From Candidatus Latescibacterota bacterium (GTDB taxonomy: Bacteria; Latescibacterota; UBA2968; UBA8231), in contig CBDFJF010000002.1 in assembly GCA_965248265.1 (NCBI GenBank), positions 1,696,001 to 1,760,000 on the forward strand: 64,000 bases of DNA, written 5' to 3'. A program made the translations under genes and the position numbers. Positions within the stretch are counted from its first letter, which is position 1, and the number at the start of each line of letters is the position of its first letter. This document shows, piece after piece, positions 47,333 through 59,001 of this stretch. The notes under the pieces were generated by a model, which saw only the letters and a list, made by a program, of their open reading frames with translations, searched no databases and had not been told where the DNA came from.

Positions 47333-48085
47333 TCATTTGAGGCCAACATCCTCCCATAGGCCTTTCATGAAATCGACAGCGAGATAGTACCCCCAATTTC
47401 CACCCTCGTAATATGCGGGGCCACCCTGCAGGGCGATCACATCCAGGACCTCCAACCGCAGGACCGGCGCCACGCCCTTGGTGGGTAGCGTTCCCTGGGC
47501 GGCGACGCCTATCGCCGTGAAAGTGCCGGAGGCGTTCCGCTTAATCGCGCCGATCTGCCCGGTCAGCGTGTAGTCGTCATCACCATTGAAGCTGACACCC
47601 GCCAACATATGCAAATAGTATCTTGGCAAATGAATCACCTGCTCGGAGATACCGGTGGCCACCTGGAGGTCGTCGGCCGTGAGCACGAGCTCGTATCGAT
47701 CACGGCCATTCGTCAGAATCCACACACCGTTGCTCTCTCGCAATGAAGCATCGGGGGCGATGTTGAGGAAGAAGTCGTTTCGGAGAGCCCGCCGGATGTC
47801 GGCGTGGACGCTACCATTGGCTAACTTGGCCGCCAGGGAGGTGGATAGTCTGGCCACGATAGAGTCAGGATTCGTGGTTCTTGTAACGGTCCACTTCCTA
47901 AACGAGACCTGATACAAACCGCCTGTCGTCGACGTAGGCTTCCACGAGTCGATCAAGGAAATATTTCCGACAGCAAGTGCTTTCTTGGCATGACGCTCGA
48001 CAGCCGGTGTCGGTACAAGCTGCGCGACCGCGGGTGACAGAGTTCCACTAAGTGCAGCGATGAGAAAAATACGCGTCAATGTCAT
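47333..48085 (-). CDS. Hypothetical secreted/outer-membrane protein
   Basis: GAGGAG RBS, signal peptide ending AVA-Q, beta-strand-rich C-terminus; no family recognised. Confidence 0.6.
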   Translation of the reverse strand: MTLTRIFLIAALSGTLSPAVAQLVPTPAVERHAKKALAVGNISLIDSWKPTSTTGGLYQVSFRKWTVTRTTNPDSIVARLSTSLAAKLANGSVHADIRRALRNDFFLNIAPDASLRESNGVWILTNGRDRYELVLTADDLQVATGISEQVIHLPRYYLHMLAGVSFNGDDDYTLTGQIGAIKRNASGTFTAIGVAAQGTLPTKGVAPVLRLEVLDVIALQGGPAYYEGGNWGYYLAVDFMKGLWEDVGLK

Positions 48086-48096
48086 CACAAGACTCC

Positions 48097-49122
48097 TCAT
48101 ACCCGTAGGCGATTCACAACTTCCGTCATGACGCCGGGATCGTTGAACAACCGACTGTGCTCATTTACCTGGCGGTCGAACTCTGTCACGTATGGAGTGA
48201 TGTGTGGGCCCACCCACCTCTGAGTGAGGTCGCACGGTACGAGTGTATCACCCATCTGCTTCGGCAAGGCATCGGTGTCAAACAACCCACCACCGTCGCG
48301 TTGTACGCGGACACGCGTATGCTTGTTCCTCGCCATGAGGACGCTGAGTTCTATGTCTCCAGCCATATAGCCGGTAGGATCGGTGAGAATCTGTTGGACG
48401 GCAATCGTGCGATCGATCAGATCGCTGGAGATGTGTGGGTACGAGGCCCACGCGGTGAAGTCGGTCAACTGCTGGTTGTCAGGCGCCACGTCGCCGTTGG
48501 CATCGAGAACGGCGGGCCACGCTGGCATCATCTGGTAAATGGCTGGCCAGGAGCGCACGATCTGCACAAAGTGGGGTGCTGCCGCTTCGCCCAGCTGGTT
48601 ACCAAGAATGAGTGCCCGCGCCGAATTGATAGTGCCGGCGAGTGGCACACCGACGAGAATGACCGATGCCACGTAATTCGAAAACTCGTTGGGCGAGCCC
48701 ATCATCTTGCTCGCAGCAACAATCACCAGGCCGCCTTGCGAATGTCCGACCAGGTTCCAGCGGCCGTCGGCCGGCTTGCGCTGCTTGATGAAATCGATCA
48801 GCTGTCCGGCACTGTAGCGAATGTCCGCTCGCCAATCATACAGAAAATGGTTCCAATCGGCCGGGACCTGGTTGTAGGCGACCTTGAGGGTGTGGCCGGG
48901 CCTGATGGACATGCCCGGCTTCAAGCTCGTTTTCACCGGCGCGATCTGCCCGGGCCGGTGCTCCATGCTGAGCAGGGAGACCAGCTCGGAGGCATCCATG
49001 CCGAGCAAGCCCCTGGACAGCACCCCGATCTGCATCTTAACGGGATATCCGATATCCTTCCCATCCGTTCCGATGAACGTGATACCCCCGGTTCCGGGAA
49101 CCAACGCCGTGGAGTTAGGCAA
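48097..49122 (-). CDS. Alpha/beta-hydrolase lipase/acyltransferase (LCAT/PGAP1-like)
   Basis: FLYDWR, LVGHSQGG (GxSxG), GVPLAG, GDTLVP, EH catalytic His; TTG start. Confidence 0.82.
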   Translation of the reverse strand: MPNSTALVPGTGGITFIGTDGKDIGYPVKMQIGVLSRGLLGMDASELVSLLSMEHRPGQIAPVKTSLKPGMSIRPGHTLKVAYNQVPADWNHFLYDWRADIRYSAGQLIDFIKQRKPADGRWNLVGHSQGGLVIVAASKMMGSPNEFSNYVASVILVGVPLAGTINSARALILGNQLGEAAAPHFVQIVRSWPAIYQMMPAWPAVLDANGDVAPDNQQLTDFTAWASYPHISSDLIDRTIAVQQILTDPTGYMAGDIELSVLMARNKHTRVRVQRDGGGLFDTDALPKQMGDTLVPCDLTQRWVGPHITPYVTEFDRQVNEHSRLFNDPGVMTEVVNRLRV

Positions 49123-49439
49123 GACGGTCCTCCTCGAAGTGGAGTGAATTATGGCTATAAGTCGAGATTATCGTTAGTCCAGACCTGCCCGAATCTGTTC
49201 CATAATTTGTCGTGGGGTGGTCGGGTGATCTCATAGCAACCTATCATTGCTCCATCGAAATTCAAGCTGCCCAAAAAGGCCTCCGTACTAATACGGATAA
49301 AGGCCCTAAACACTTGATACGGCTGACTAGCGCAGACCGCGCTCACAACCGTCTGCAGCTACGTACTGCAGAGAGTGCAGAGATCCTGACTGAACACTCT
49401 GCCGTGGACAGCCACTTCGTAGGTGTGGTTCTGGCTCCT

Positions 49440-50483
49440 CTATGAATCGAACCGAATCCATGCACCTGGCGCAGGCATTATGATTCTGTCGTCTTGAGGG
49501 AATACCGACTTCAGCCGGTCGAGGAATCTCTTCGCATTCATCATTGGCACGGTGCGAAGGTTCTTCGAGTCATCCGGTAGATGACCGAAGAAGTTCTCCC
49601 AGTGTGACAGAATGACATACCGTGGATTTAGTTCCTGGATGATGGATTCGGGATAGTTCTTAACCTGTTCGTATCCAGCTACGCATACGATTGCCAGATC
49701 GATTCGCCTATGCTCCTCGGGGTATGTAAAGGGGGGCGGAAAGCCATAAGGGGGATTGCTGGTGGCATCTTGATAGTGAATGCGGAATTTTACTGTGCTG
49801 CCGTCATCACTCATGAAATCGATCAGGTAGGCGAACGTCTGCCCTTCGCGCCATGAATTGGCCCGTGTGGGCAGTTTATCAAGGGGGTTGTCATACTTTC
49901 CCTTGTAGAGTTTGATTCCCATGAAGTGCGGCGCGTGTTCAGACTCAATGGCCATGAACCGTACTCTGCCTGTCCGGCTATGATACCATCTTCCTGGTTT
50001 GGCAGAAGTGCCGGCATCAGCGTTTACGGACACCAACTGGTCCGCCGGAAGTTCAGCGGCCAAAATAGATGTTGCCGTTTTGCTACCATACACTCTCGCT
50101 TTCTGGACGTAGTTCTTCACCACATGAGTTACGTCCATCAGATGGTCATAATGTGCATGGCCTATGATTATAGACTCCACATCGATCACTGATTCCCGTA
50201 TTGGTGCAAGGAAACGATCGATCTGCTCGGGATTGGGTTTGATTCGCCAGAACATCAATCGCTTCAGGGAGGGATTCGAGAAGAACGGAGCGGTCAGGAT
50301 CGAGTGTTCTCCACGGCGAATCAGGAATCCGCCAGAAGCCAGATACTTCACCTGAACCTTCTCACCATACGCCGGATCATCTGCCCCAACCTCGCTTACC
50401 CCAAGACTCACCGGAAGGTTCTTGATAGAACCGGTGCAGGCCGCCAGGCAGATCAAGGACACCACAGAGAGAATCTGTTTCAT
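49440..50483 (-). CDS. Metallo-beta-lactamase-fold lipoprotein hydrolase
   Basis: Lipobox LAAC, GHAHYDH (HxHxDH), SEHAPH, SHWENF. Confidence 0.85.
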   Translation of the reverse strand: MKQILSVVSLICLAACTGSIKNLPVSLGVSEVGADDPAYGEKVQVKYLASGGFLIRRGEHSILTAPFFSNPSLKRLMFWRIKPNPEQIDRFLAPIRESVIDVESIIIGHAHYDHLMDVTHVVKNYVQKARVYGSKTATSILAAELPADQLVSVNADAGTSAKPGRWYHSRTGRVRFMAIESEHAPHFMGIKLYKGKYDNPLDKLPTRANSWREGQTFAYLIDFMSDDGSTVKFRIHYQDATSNPPYGFPPPFTYPEEHRRIDLAIVCVAGYEQVKNYPESIIQELNPRYVILSHWENFFGHLPDDSKNLRTVPMMNAKRFLDRLKSVFPQDDRIIMPAPGAWIRFDS

Positions 50484-50687
50484 GAACTGATGCACCATCA
50501 GTTATAGGCGGCTGACAATACTATCGACCGCGAAGACTCCACAATATACAGATCGTCGATGCCGATCGCGATCACAGTATCCTGCTCGACTCAAAAGTCC
50601 GCTCCGAGCTCAAGATGCTCTACGTGGCTGTTTCACAAATAGTCATTAGGCTGGATCCCTCCTCCGTGCAGAACACGTAGCTGCCCC

Positions 50688-50718
50688 TTGCTTGTTGCAC
50701 GTGCAAGCAAAACCTTGC
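50688..50718. promoter_or_regulatory. Palindromic candidate upstream activator sequence (bEBP enhancer)
   Basis: TTGCTTG-N9-CAAGCAA (50688-50710) overlapping the perfect palindrome TTGCACGTGCAA (50695-50706), plus GCAAAACCTTGC; 70-100 bp upstream of the sigma54 promoter. Confidence 0.5.
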
Positions 50719-50784
50719 GCCTGGTTTCCCCCTCCTCCTGCGAAGGGCTTGAGATAGCCGGCCTCTTTCTGCCTGGAAGACTCA

Positions 50785-50800
50785 TGGCACACAGTTTGCA
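50785..50800 (+). promoter_or_regulatory. Sigma54 (-24/-12) promoter
   Basis: TGGCACACAGTTTGCA matches TGGCAC-N5-TTGCW with exact GG-N10-GC spacing, upstream of a gene run encoding a GAFTGA activator. Confidence 0.8.
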
Positions 50801-50916
50801 TTTCTGCTGGTCGCAGAAAGAAACGTTCGATAGTGCAGCCTGCTGAGCACGAGTGACTCCGAAGCAGTGGAGATTGGTCTTCAGTAGGTGCCCATCGCAA
50901 GAAAAGGAGAAGAGCC

Positions 50917-51495
50917 ATGCGTTCATTCTTTGTGGTGACCGGTTCATCCCTACTCATATCCACACTGATTCTCTGCAGCTGCGGAGGACCGAGTACCACC
51001 AATCTGGCGCCTCGACCGGCTGGGGAGGTCATAAAAGCGAGTCCCGATTGGTTTCTAAAACCACCGACGGATTCGGAACATCTCTTTGCGGCTGCTTCGG
51101 CGACTTCGCGAGACATGCAGCTGGCACTCCAGAAGGCCAGGACCACGGCACAAACCGAGTTGGCCCAGCAATTGGGCACACGATTGGCAAATCTGACCAA
51201 GCAATTCCAGGAGGAAGTCGGTTTGGAAACGGATTCAGAGTTGCTGACGCAGTTCAGCTCAACCACCAAGGCGGTTACGAACGAGACGCTTACTGGTGCG
51301 GCGGTGGACCAGCAGAAGCTTGTCCCCGAAAAGAGGATCTACCGGGCTTACGTGCTGATGAGTCTGCCGATTGGGGGGGCGAATCAATTGTTGATGGATA
51401 AGATCGCAGCCAATCAGAATCTCTACACACGATTCCGCGCAACCCAGGCCTTCGACGCCCTGAATGCAGAGCTCGAGGCCCTTGAAGCGAAATAG
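50917..51495 (+). CDS. LPP20/FlgP-like lipoprotein
   Basis: Lipobox-like LCSC, PDWF, A..KA...A..ELA helix, YRAYVL strand: LPP20-family pattern. Confidence 0.72.
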   Translation: MRSFFVVTGSSLLISTLILCSCGGPSTTNLAPRPAGEVIKASPDWFLKPPTDSEHLFAAASATSRDMQLALQKARTTAQTELAQQLGTRLANLTKQFQEEVGLETDSELLTQFSSTTKAVTNETLTGAAVDQQKLVPEKRIYRAYVLMSLPIGGANQLLMDKIAANQNLYTRFRATQAFDALNAELEALEAK

Positions 51496-52351
51496 GCGAC
51501 CCATGCTCGTCTTCGGTTACCAGGGAGCAAACCCGCTCATGCCACGCGTGTTGATCGGGCTACTGATTTCTGCGGCCCTTCCAGTTGCTGCTCAGCCACA
51601 GGTAGAGCACGAGAATACGAGACCCCTCTGGGTGTCGAGACGGCCAAAGCCGGACGGCTACTTTGTCGGAATCGGCGTGGCTCAGAGACAGGAAAGCTTG
51701 CCTGAGTCCAAAGACCGTGCCCTCAAGCATGCCCTGAAAAACATCGCTACCCAGATAGAAACCCAGGTTCTTGGCGAAATCAACATGATTGAGACCGAGA
51801 AAGCCGGAGAGATACAGCAGGAGTACCGTGCGGAAATAACCACCATGGTTTCCGCCACGCTGGAAGGGGTCGAAATCGTGGACACATGGGAGGATAGGGA
51901 GAACTGTTGGGTGTACGCCCGGCTTTCCGCACTCAGATTCCAGCGTCTTCGGCAGCGGAAAATCGACAGCGCGCGTCGTTTGGCCTTCGAATTCTTCTCG
52001 AGCGCCCACGAGCGGGGCCCCGATGCAACAGCCACAGCGCTCTCACTCTACGTGCAGGCACTCAAGCCGCTGCGCGACGCTCTCGGTGACCCATTGCGGG
52101 TAACACATCGGGGAAGAGCGATCGCCCTGGATACACAGATACCCAGGAGAATCCAGGCAATCCTGTCGACCATCGAGTTGGAAGCTTCCCTGGTCGCAGC
52201 TCCTCTCAAGCAGGGCAGTACCATCGACGTCCCGCTCAAGGTCACGGCCTCTGTCGTGGATGAGAAGGGAACGAGACATATGGTGAGCGGCTTGCCTATC
52301 TGAATCGCCCCGGGGTTGCCGGAGGCTCCATTTCTTGAGAGGATTGGAGTC

Positions 52352-53583
<1,232 letters not shown>

Positions 53584-54258
53584 CCGAGTCTCCGAAAAAC
53601 CCGGGGCGATTCAATCCGTTTCGTGTTTGAGAGAGGCCGTGGTGATCTTGTTGCGAGTGTGTGGACCGGTAAAGAGGGCACCGCGATATCCAGACTCCGC
53701 ACGATACACGACCCGGCCTCCGTCCAAACAGTCCAGGCAACGATTGATCTGGATGCATTCTCTTTCCGAGACGCTCGTGGGTTAGCGCTGGAACAGCAAC
53801 CCGTCAGATTCGCTGTCCCGTCTGCAACATTTCAGTTAGAGATCTTACGGCGAACGGTCCATGCCGTCAGTGGCGAATTCAACCTGGGCCACGCTCTCGG
53901 AATTCCCCTCTTACAACCGATCGTCAAAGAGGAACTGGGACAAGCGGGCCTGCACTTCGTGGACCGGTCAGGACAAGCTGATCTGGTACTAGAAATCGAT
54001 GCGCGGACAAGACACGGAAACAGATTTCAGGATATCTACTTTTCCTTTCTGGACATGGTGGTTTCTGTCAGGAATCGAGATTCCGGTGATGAGCTGTTTT
54101 CCGCATCGTTGACCAACATCAAAGGAGGTGGAGAAAGTTACGAACAGGCAGGGATCAAGGCTTTTGAGAACGCTGGAGAGCAACTCGCAGAGATGGTTTT
54201 GCCCAACATGTTCGATGAGCTAAACAAGTGATCTTCGGATCGGAAGGAGGACGTAGCC

Positions 54259-55146
54259 ATGTATAGAACAATGTATCCCCTAACAGCATGTCTGGTCATC
54301 TGTGTGGCAGGTGTCCATGCACAGAATGCCGGGCGAGAGGTGATGGGTGCTCTGCCACCTATAGAACCCTCAAGTTTGTCCATCGTCCCGACCGCAAGCG
54401 TAACAAGATCTCTGGATGTCGATCTCTCAGGAGTTGGGGTTTTCCCGGGGACCGGGAAAACGCTAAACCGGGGAGCAGTTTTACTCGGCATAGGAAACAT
54501 TGCCGAGGTGGAGCTGAGCAAGGTAGCCATGGTCAGCAGCTTGGCGAGTGCGAACCAAATGAGCAGCGCTCCAGGCGGCGGCCTCAAGGTTGCTTTCCCG
54601 ATGTGGCGGCATTGGAAGGGAATGGCAGTCGGTTTCCGCAGATCCGGGGCGCACGAAGAGAGCGTTGGCCCTGTGACATACAAGAAAAAGGTCGGGGAGT
54701 TCTACACTGTTGCATCGATGGCGAACTTCCTGACACCCGAGGAAGGGGCAGCGGCAAGCGGGGGCTGGATGGGTACAAAATTGAAGGCCCACTTCGGCTT
54801 GAGTTATCTGGCTGCTCGCTTGACGTCTGGACTGACGGAGGCACATAAGAAAGCCTTTGTACGGCCCTTTGGTGGTGTCGAAATCTGGAGGGGGGATTCG
54901 AGTATACCACATACTCGAGTTATGGCGGAGTTTGGATGGATGGCGCATTTCAAACCTGAGCAACAAATCGATGACATCTGGGTAGGCATAGGTGGGATCA
55001 GATTTTTCGTTCACCGATATGCTACACTGGATATTGGCGTCAGATACCAGAGCAACTACGAGGGGTTGTCAGAATCGACGCTGCAAACCCAATTGCGCTT
55101 GGGATGGCCAACCCATCTGATACGAAACCGCTTCGTCGGGATTTAG
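54259..55146 (+). CDS. Putative outer-membrane beta-barrel protein (possibly YjbH-like)
   Basis: AAGGAGG RBS, signal peptide, IVPTA motif, alternating amphipathic strands (GLKVAF, GGVEIW, GGIRFF, LDIGVRY). Confidence 0.55.
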   Translation: MYRTMYPLTACLVICVAGVHAQNAGREVMGALPPIEPSSLSIVPTASVTRSLDVDLSGVGVFPGTGKTLNRGAVLLGIGNIAEVELSKVAMVSSLASANQMSSAPGGGLKVAFPMWRHWKGMAVGFRRSGAHEESVGPVTYKKKVGEFYTVASMANFLTPEEGAAASGGWMGTKLKAHFGLSYLAARLTSGLTEAHKKAFVRPFGGVEIWRGDSSIPHTRVMAEFGWMAHFKPEQQIDDIWVGIGGIRFFVHRYATLDIGVRYQSNYEGLSESTLQTQLRLGWPTHLIRNRFVGI

Positions 55147-55154
55147 GCGCATCA

Positions 55155-56834
55155 ATGAAAAACAGCAAGATAGCCGCCATCGCGCCAACAGCTGTGCTTG
55201 TCATATGGTCCTGTTTCTTTGCCCCCACCGCTGCAGTGGGCGGCCAGGTCGCCGTCTATCTGGCCAATCGTGCTGCGAAAACCCATGAGTCCACAGTGCG
55301 CGACCTGACGGAGGCACTGGCGATCAGCCTCATGCAGGAGAAGGGGTTGGCTATCGTAGGACACAAACAGACGGCAGAGGCAGTGGAGAGCCTAGGCTTC
55401 GATCTCGCAAAACCCATCACGACCGAAGCAGCCGTGGCATTGGGAGAATCGTTGGGAGCTGGAGCCGCGGTTGTGGGGAGTTTGTCAGAACAGTATGAGA
55501 TCGAAGCCGAGCTTTTGGATACACAGACGGCGACGTCGCTGGCAACGATAAACCGTAGTGGAAGACGAGACGAGGTCTTCGATATAGTGGATGTATTGGG
55601 CAAGGAGTTATCGCACAAACTCAAGACGGTAGACAAGACACGAAGCACGATCGCCGTCCTCTACTTCGAAAATGTGGGTTCAGAGGAATACAACCTCTTC
55701 GTTCGTGGCATATCCGAGATGTTGATAACCAGCTTGAGGCAGTCGGAAACATTGAGCATGGTCGGTCGCGCTCAGATAGATCAGGGGCTGGGGCACTTCG
55801 GACTGAAGTCAGGTGAACCACTGACCTCGCAGGAAGCATCGGCGCTCGGAAGTTGGCTGGGTGCTGATGTGGTAGTTAGTGGCCGGTTTTCGGAAACGTT
55901 TCAGATTGACGCAATGTCGGTTGACGTGAGAAACAGCAGACTGCTGTCTGAGCGGAGCGTCACCGGGACGAAGAGCGAGGTCGTCGAAAGCGCGAGGACA
56001 TTGGGCGCAGAATTACGGAGTAAATTGAACATGCTTCGTAAGAAGACGCGAAAGATTGCCGTCCTCTATTTCGAGAACCACACCTCCAAGACATACGATC
56101 GCTTCGTCCAGGGGCTGTCGGATATGCTGATGACCAGTCTGGGTCAAGCGCAGAAGCTGACGATCATCGAGCGCGTTCAGATTGACAAGGCGATGGAGAA
56201 TTTCCGACTCGAGTTGAGCGGAGCGATTGACGCAGAGACAGCTGTTGAGGTCGGCAAGTGGCTGGGTGCGGATGCCGTCGTCGTAGGCAGTTTCACCCAG
56301 TTCGGAGAGGCTTACCGGATTGACGCGCGGCTAATAGATGCAGAGACCGGCGAGCTCGTAGTCGCGCAGAATGTCAGGGGACCCGAGAGTGATGTCATTT
56401 CGATGATCGATCAGCTAGGAGCTCAGCTCATCGACCGCGTTGTTGAAAAGGAAGCAGAGTTCGACGGTGGATCCGGCCATCTGCTGATAAGATTCATGAT
56501 TACAAGAGCGGAGATGACCGAGAGGCTGGCGTACCACCAAATTTCTAGGCTATTTGTCGATGGCAAGGCGAGGGGCGCGAGTCCTGTGGTGCAAGCAGCG
56601 GAGGAATGGGTCACCCTGTTCTCAGAGGAACTCAGAGCAGGGAGACATGGTGTCGAGGTGACTCACGGGTTTGTCAAAGAGAAGAACTGGGACGGCGAAC
56701 TCCCCGTGCAACCGAGGCTATTCACTGTCACTATCGCACCCGGAGCAACCACCACCCTCCAGTACAGCTTTGGCATCGGATGGTTCAGCGATGCATACTA
56801 CTACGAACCCCCTTGGAGAGGCTCGTCGAAATGA
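55155..56834 (+). CDS. Secreted protein with three tandem CsgG/FlgO/TolB-N-like domains and a C-terminal PEGA-like domain
   Basis: Three ~125-aa repeats, two starting IAVLYFEN, with G..LGA..VV.G and I.A..(I/L/V)D; tail LFVDGK..G.SP...L.AG.H.VEV. Confidence 0.78.
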   Translation: MKNSKIAAIAPTAVLVIWSCFFAPTAAVGGQVAVYLANRAAKTHESTVRDLTEALAISLMQEKGLAIVGHKQTAEAVESLGFDLAKPITTEAAVALGESLGAGAAVVGSLSEQYEIEAELLDTQTATSLATINRSGRRDEVFDIVDVLGKELSHKLKTVDKTRSTIAVLYFENVGSEEYNLFVRGISEMLITSLRQSETLSMVGRAQIDQGLGHFGLKSGEPLTSQEASALGSWLGADVVVSGRFSETFQIDAMSVDVRNSRLLSERSVTGTKSEVVESARTLGAELRSKLNMLRKKTRKIAVLYFENHTSKTYDRFVQGLSDMLMTSLGQAQKLTIIERVQIDKAMENFRLELSGAIDAETAVEVGKWLGADAVVVGSFTQFGEAYRIDARLIDAETGELVVAQNVRGPESDVISMIDQLGAQLIDRVVEKEAEFDGGSGHLLIRFMITRAEMTERLAYHQISRLFVDGKARGASPVVQAAEEWVTLFSEELRAGRHGVEVTHGFVKEKNWDGELPVQPRLFTVTIAPGATTTLQYSFGIGWFSDAYYYEPPWRGSSK

Positions 56835-56865
56835 TGCCACGTAAAGTATCGTAAAGGAACCACGG

Positions 56866-59001
56866 ATGACGAACATGTCGTGGTACGAATTGGCGTGGTT
56901 CCTCGGTGCGGCCCTCGGCGCAGCGCTTCTGTGGGGGAATTTCAGCTCAGGTATAAAAAAAAGGGGCAGTCCGCCTCCCCTCCTTTTCCTGCTCTGTGCA
57001 TTGGCTCTCTGGTTCAGCGGAGAGGCGCTACGGATTCTGATCGCACAGGCGGTACCTGGATCACCAGTCGCAGACTATGCAGCGGCAGGTGGCCGTCTCG
57101 GTCTCTCCTTTGTACCGGCGGCACTCGTGGCAACACTCCTCACCCTAGCGGTTGAAGCGGAGATGATGGTGGTCCACCGGGTCCGGCGCTATCTCCCCGC
57201 GGTCCTCCTCGTCCCCGGAATTTCTGCCTTCGTACTGGGCGAGATGTACTCTCGTATGCCGGAAAGATCGTTGGGGTTTAGCCTCTATCTGATTCTCGCC
57301 CTGGTAGTCGCCGGGTACCTCTGCTGGCGCCTCGCCGGCCACCATGAGATGGAGGTTCACCGGCGGTTCTACGGGTTGATGGCCATTGCTTTGTTCAGCA
57401 TCGCCGTCTTCCACGGAATCGTCATTTCAATACAGGGTATTGTGGCTCCTGACCTGTATCAGATTCTCTCCCTGATCCTTTTTCTCTCGCCTATTGTGCC
57501 CGCTTTTGTCCTCGGATATTTCGCCTACCGCTACAGCTTCTTCAGAATCGTCATCAATCCGGCACTGTTCTATTCTGCTCTCACGGGCATCGTCCTAATA
57601 GTGTACCTACTCGGCATTCGCCGTGTCGCCGAACAATTTCGCGATGTCGGAGGAGGATTCAGGCCAGAAATCGTCGAAGCCACCCTCCTGACACTGCTTG
57701 TCTTTCTGTTCCAGCCGGTCAAAAACCGCTTGCAGCGCCTCATCAACCGCCTCTTCTTCAAAGCGCGATTCCAATACCAGCATCTTTTGGGGGACCTCAG
57801 TCATAGACTGAACGTACCGCTCGCATTCGAGCAACGGTTAGAGGACCTCGTGGACGCCATCGGAACTGCCTTGAAGGTCCACGTCGTGTCACTGACCCTG
57901 TTCGATCGTCGAGATCGTGAAGATGGCGGGATCCAGAATATCAGCGTCACCGGGAGCCGTGGGCTGCCCGGATTTCCTCCACCAGACATACCCTTGAGCC
58001 GCGGGCCAGAGGACAAATCCCATGTCGAGCTGGTGGTAGAATGGTTATCGAAGAACAGGCGCCCTCTGGACACAGGCGAACTCCACCGCTGGCGTTTCGT
58101 GACCCCCCTGGTCGCACAAGGGGTTCAGCTCTGTATTCCCGTGTTGCGAGAAGATCAGGTGATCGGCTTTCTTTGCCTGGGTGAGAAGAAACGCGGCGTA
58201 CCTTTTTCGGGGGAAGAGCGGGAATTGCTCGAAACCCTCTGCAACCAGATTGCCCTGGCTGCTGACAACGCCCATCTCGTCGAGTCAAGGCTGGCGATGG
58301 AGCGCCAGATGTTCGAGGCAGAACGCCTTTCCTCTCTCGGTCTTCTCTCTGCGAGTATTGCTCACGAAGTCAAGAATCCGCTCAGTTCGATCAAGACCAT
58401 TACCTCCGTGCTGCGGGAAGAGCTACAGGACAACCGAACTGCGGCAAAGGACCTTTCCGTTGTTGTGAGTGAAGTGGATCGGTTGACTCATGTGGTGGAC
58501 CGATTGCTCAAGTTTGCCAAGCCTGAAACCGAGGGTGCATTCCGCTCTGTGCCGCTGCAGGAGGTCCTGGATGACGTGGTTCTCATCCTCTCTCACGAGG
58601 CGGAACGACGCAACGTTGACATCCAGTTGGAGATGGAAGACGATCTTGCGGTTTGGGGGGACCGCGAAGCCCTCAAGGAGATCCTTTTCAATTTGATCCT
58701 CAACGGCATCGAGGCGACTGGACCGGACGAGGATGGACTGGTCTCCATAGCGGCCCGGCGACATCTTCCAACGCATCGGGTGGAAATCGTCGTCATAGAC
58801 TCGGGTCCGGGCATTGCACCAGATGTTCGGCCTCACATCTTCGAACCGTTTTACACGACCAAATCGTCGGGAACGGGTCTTGGCCTTGTGACGGTCAAAC
58901 GCGCGGCTGAGCGAATGGCGGGAACCGTGGATGTGAAGAACAGTGTTGAGCCTGGACGCGGCGCCATGTTTTTGGTTCGACTTCCTGGAGGAGAAGAGTG
59001 A
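56866..59001 (+). CDS. Multi-TM GAF-domain sensor histidine kinase (PrsK-like architecture)
   Basis: About 8-9 TM helices, GAF region (LCIPV...IGFLCLG.K..G.PF...E..LL), SIAHEVKNP, NLILNG, DSGPGI, FEPFYTTK, GTGLGL. Confidence 0.92.
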   Translation: MTNMSWYELAWFLGAALGAALLWGNFSSGIKKRGSPPPLLFLLCALALWFSGEALRILIAQAVPGSPVADYAAAGGRLGLSFVPAALVATLLTLAVEAEMMVVHRVRRYLPAVLLVPGISAFVLGEMYSRMPERSLGFSLYLILALVVAGYLCWRLAGHHEMEVHRRFYGLMAIALFSIAVFHGIVISIQGIVAPDLYQILSLILFLSPIVPAFVLGYFAYRYSFFRIVINPALFYSALTGIVLIVYLLGIRRVAEQFRDVGGGFRPEIVEATLLTLLVFLFQPVKNRLQRLINRLFFKARFQYQHLLGDLSHRLNVPLAFEQRLEDLVDAIGTALKVHVVSLTLFDRRDREDGGIQNISVTGSRGLPGFPPPDIPLSRGPEDKSHVELVVEWLSKNRRPLDTGELHRWRFVTPLVAQGVQLCIPVLREDQVIGFLCLGEKKRGVPFSGEERELLETLCNQIALAADNAHLVESRLAMERQMFEAERLSSLGLLSASIAHEVKNPLSSIKTITSVLREELQDNRTAAKDLSVVVSEVDRLTHVVDRLLKFAKPETEGAFRSVPLQEVLDDVVLILSHEAERRNVDIQLEMEDDLAVWGDREALKEILFNLILNGIEATGPDEDGLVSIAARRHLPTHRVEIVVIDSGPGIAPDVRPHIFEPFYTTKSSGTGLGLVTVKRAAERMAGTVDVKNSVEPGRGAMFLVRLPGGEE

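Noticed and set aside
55155-56834. Call as curli secretion (csg) or flagellar H-ring locus
   Set aside because: No curlin-repeat or flagellar genes in the window; only fold-level resemblance.
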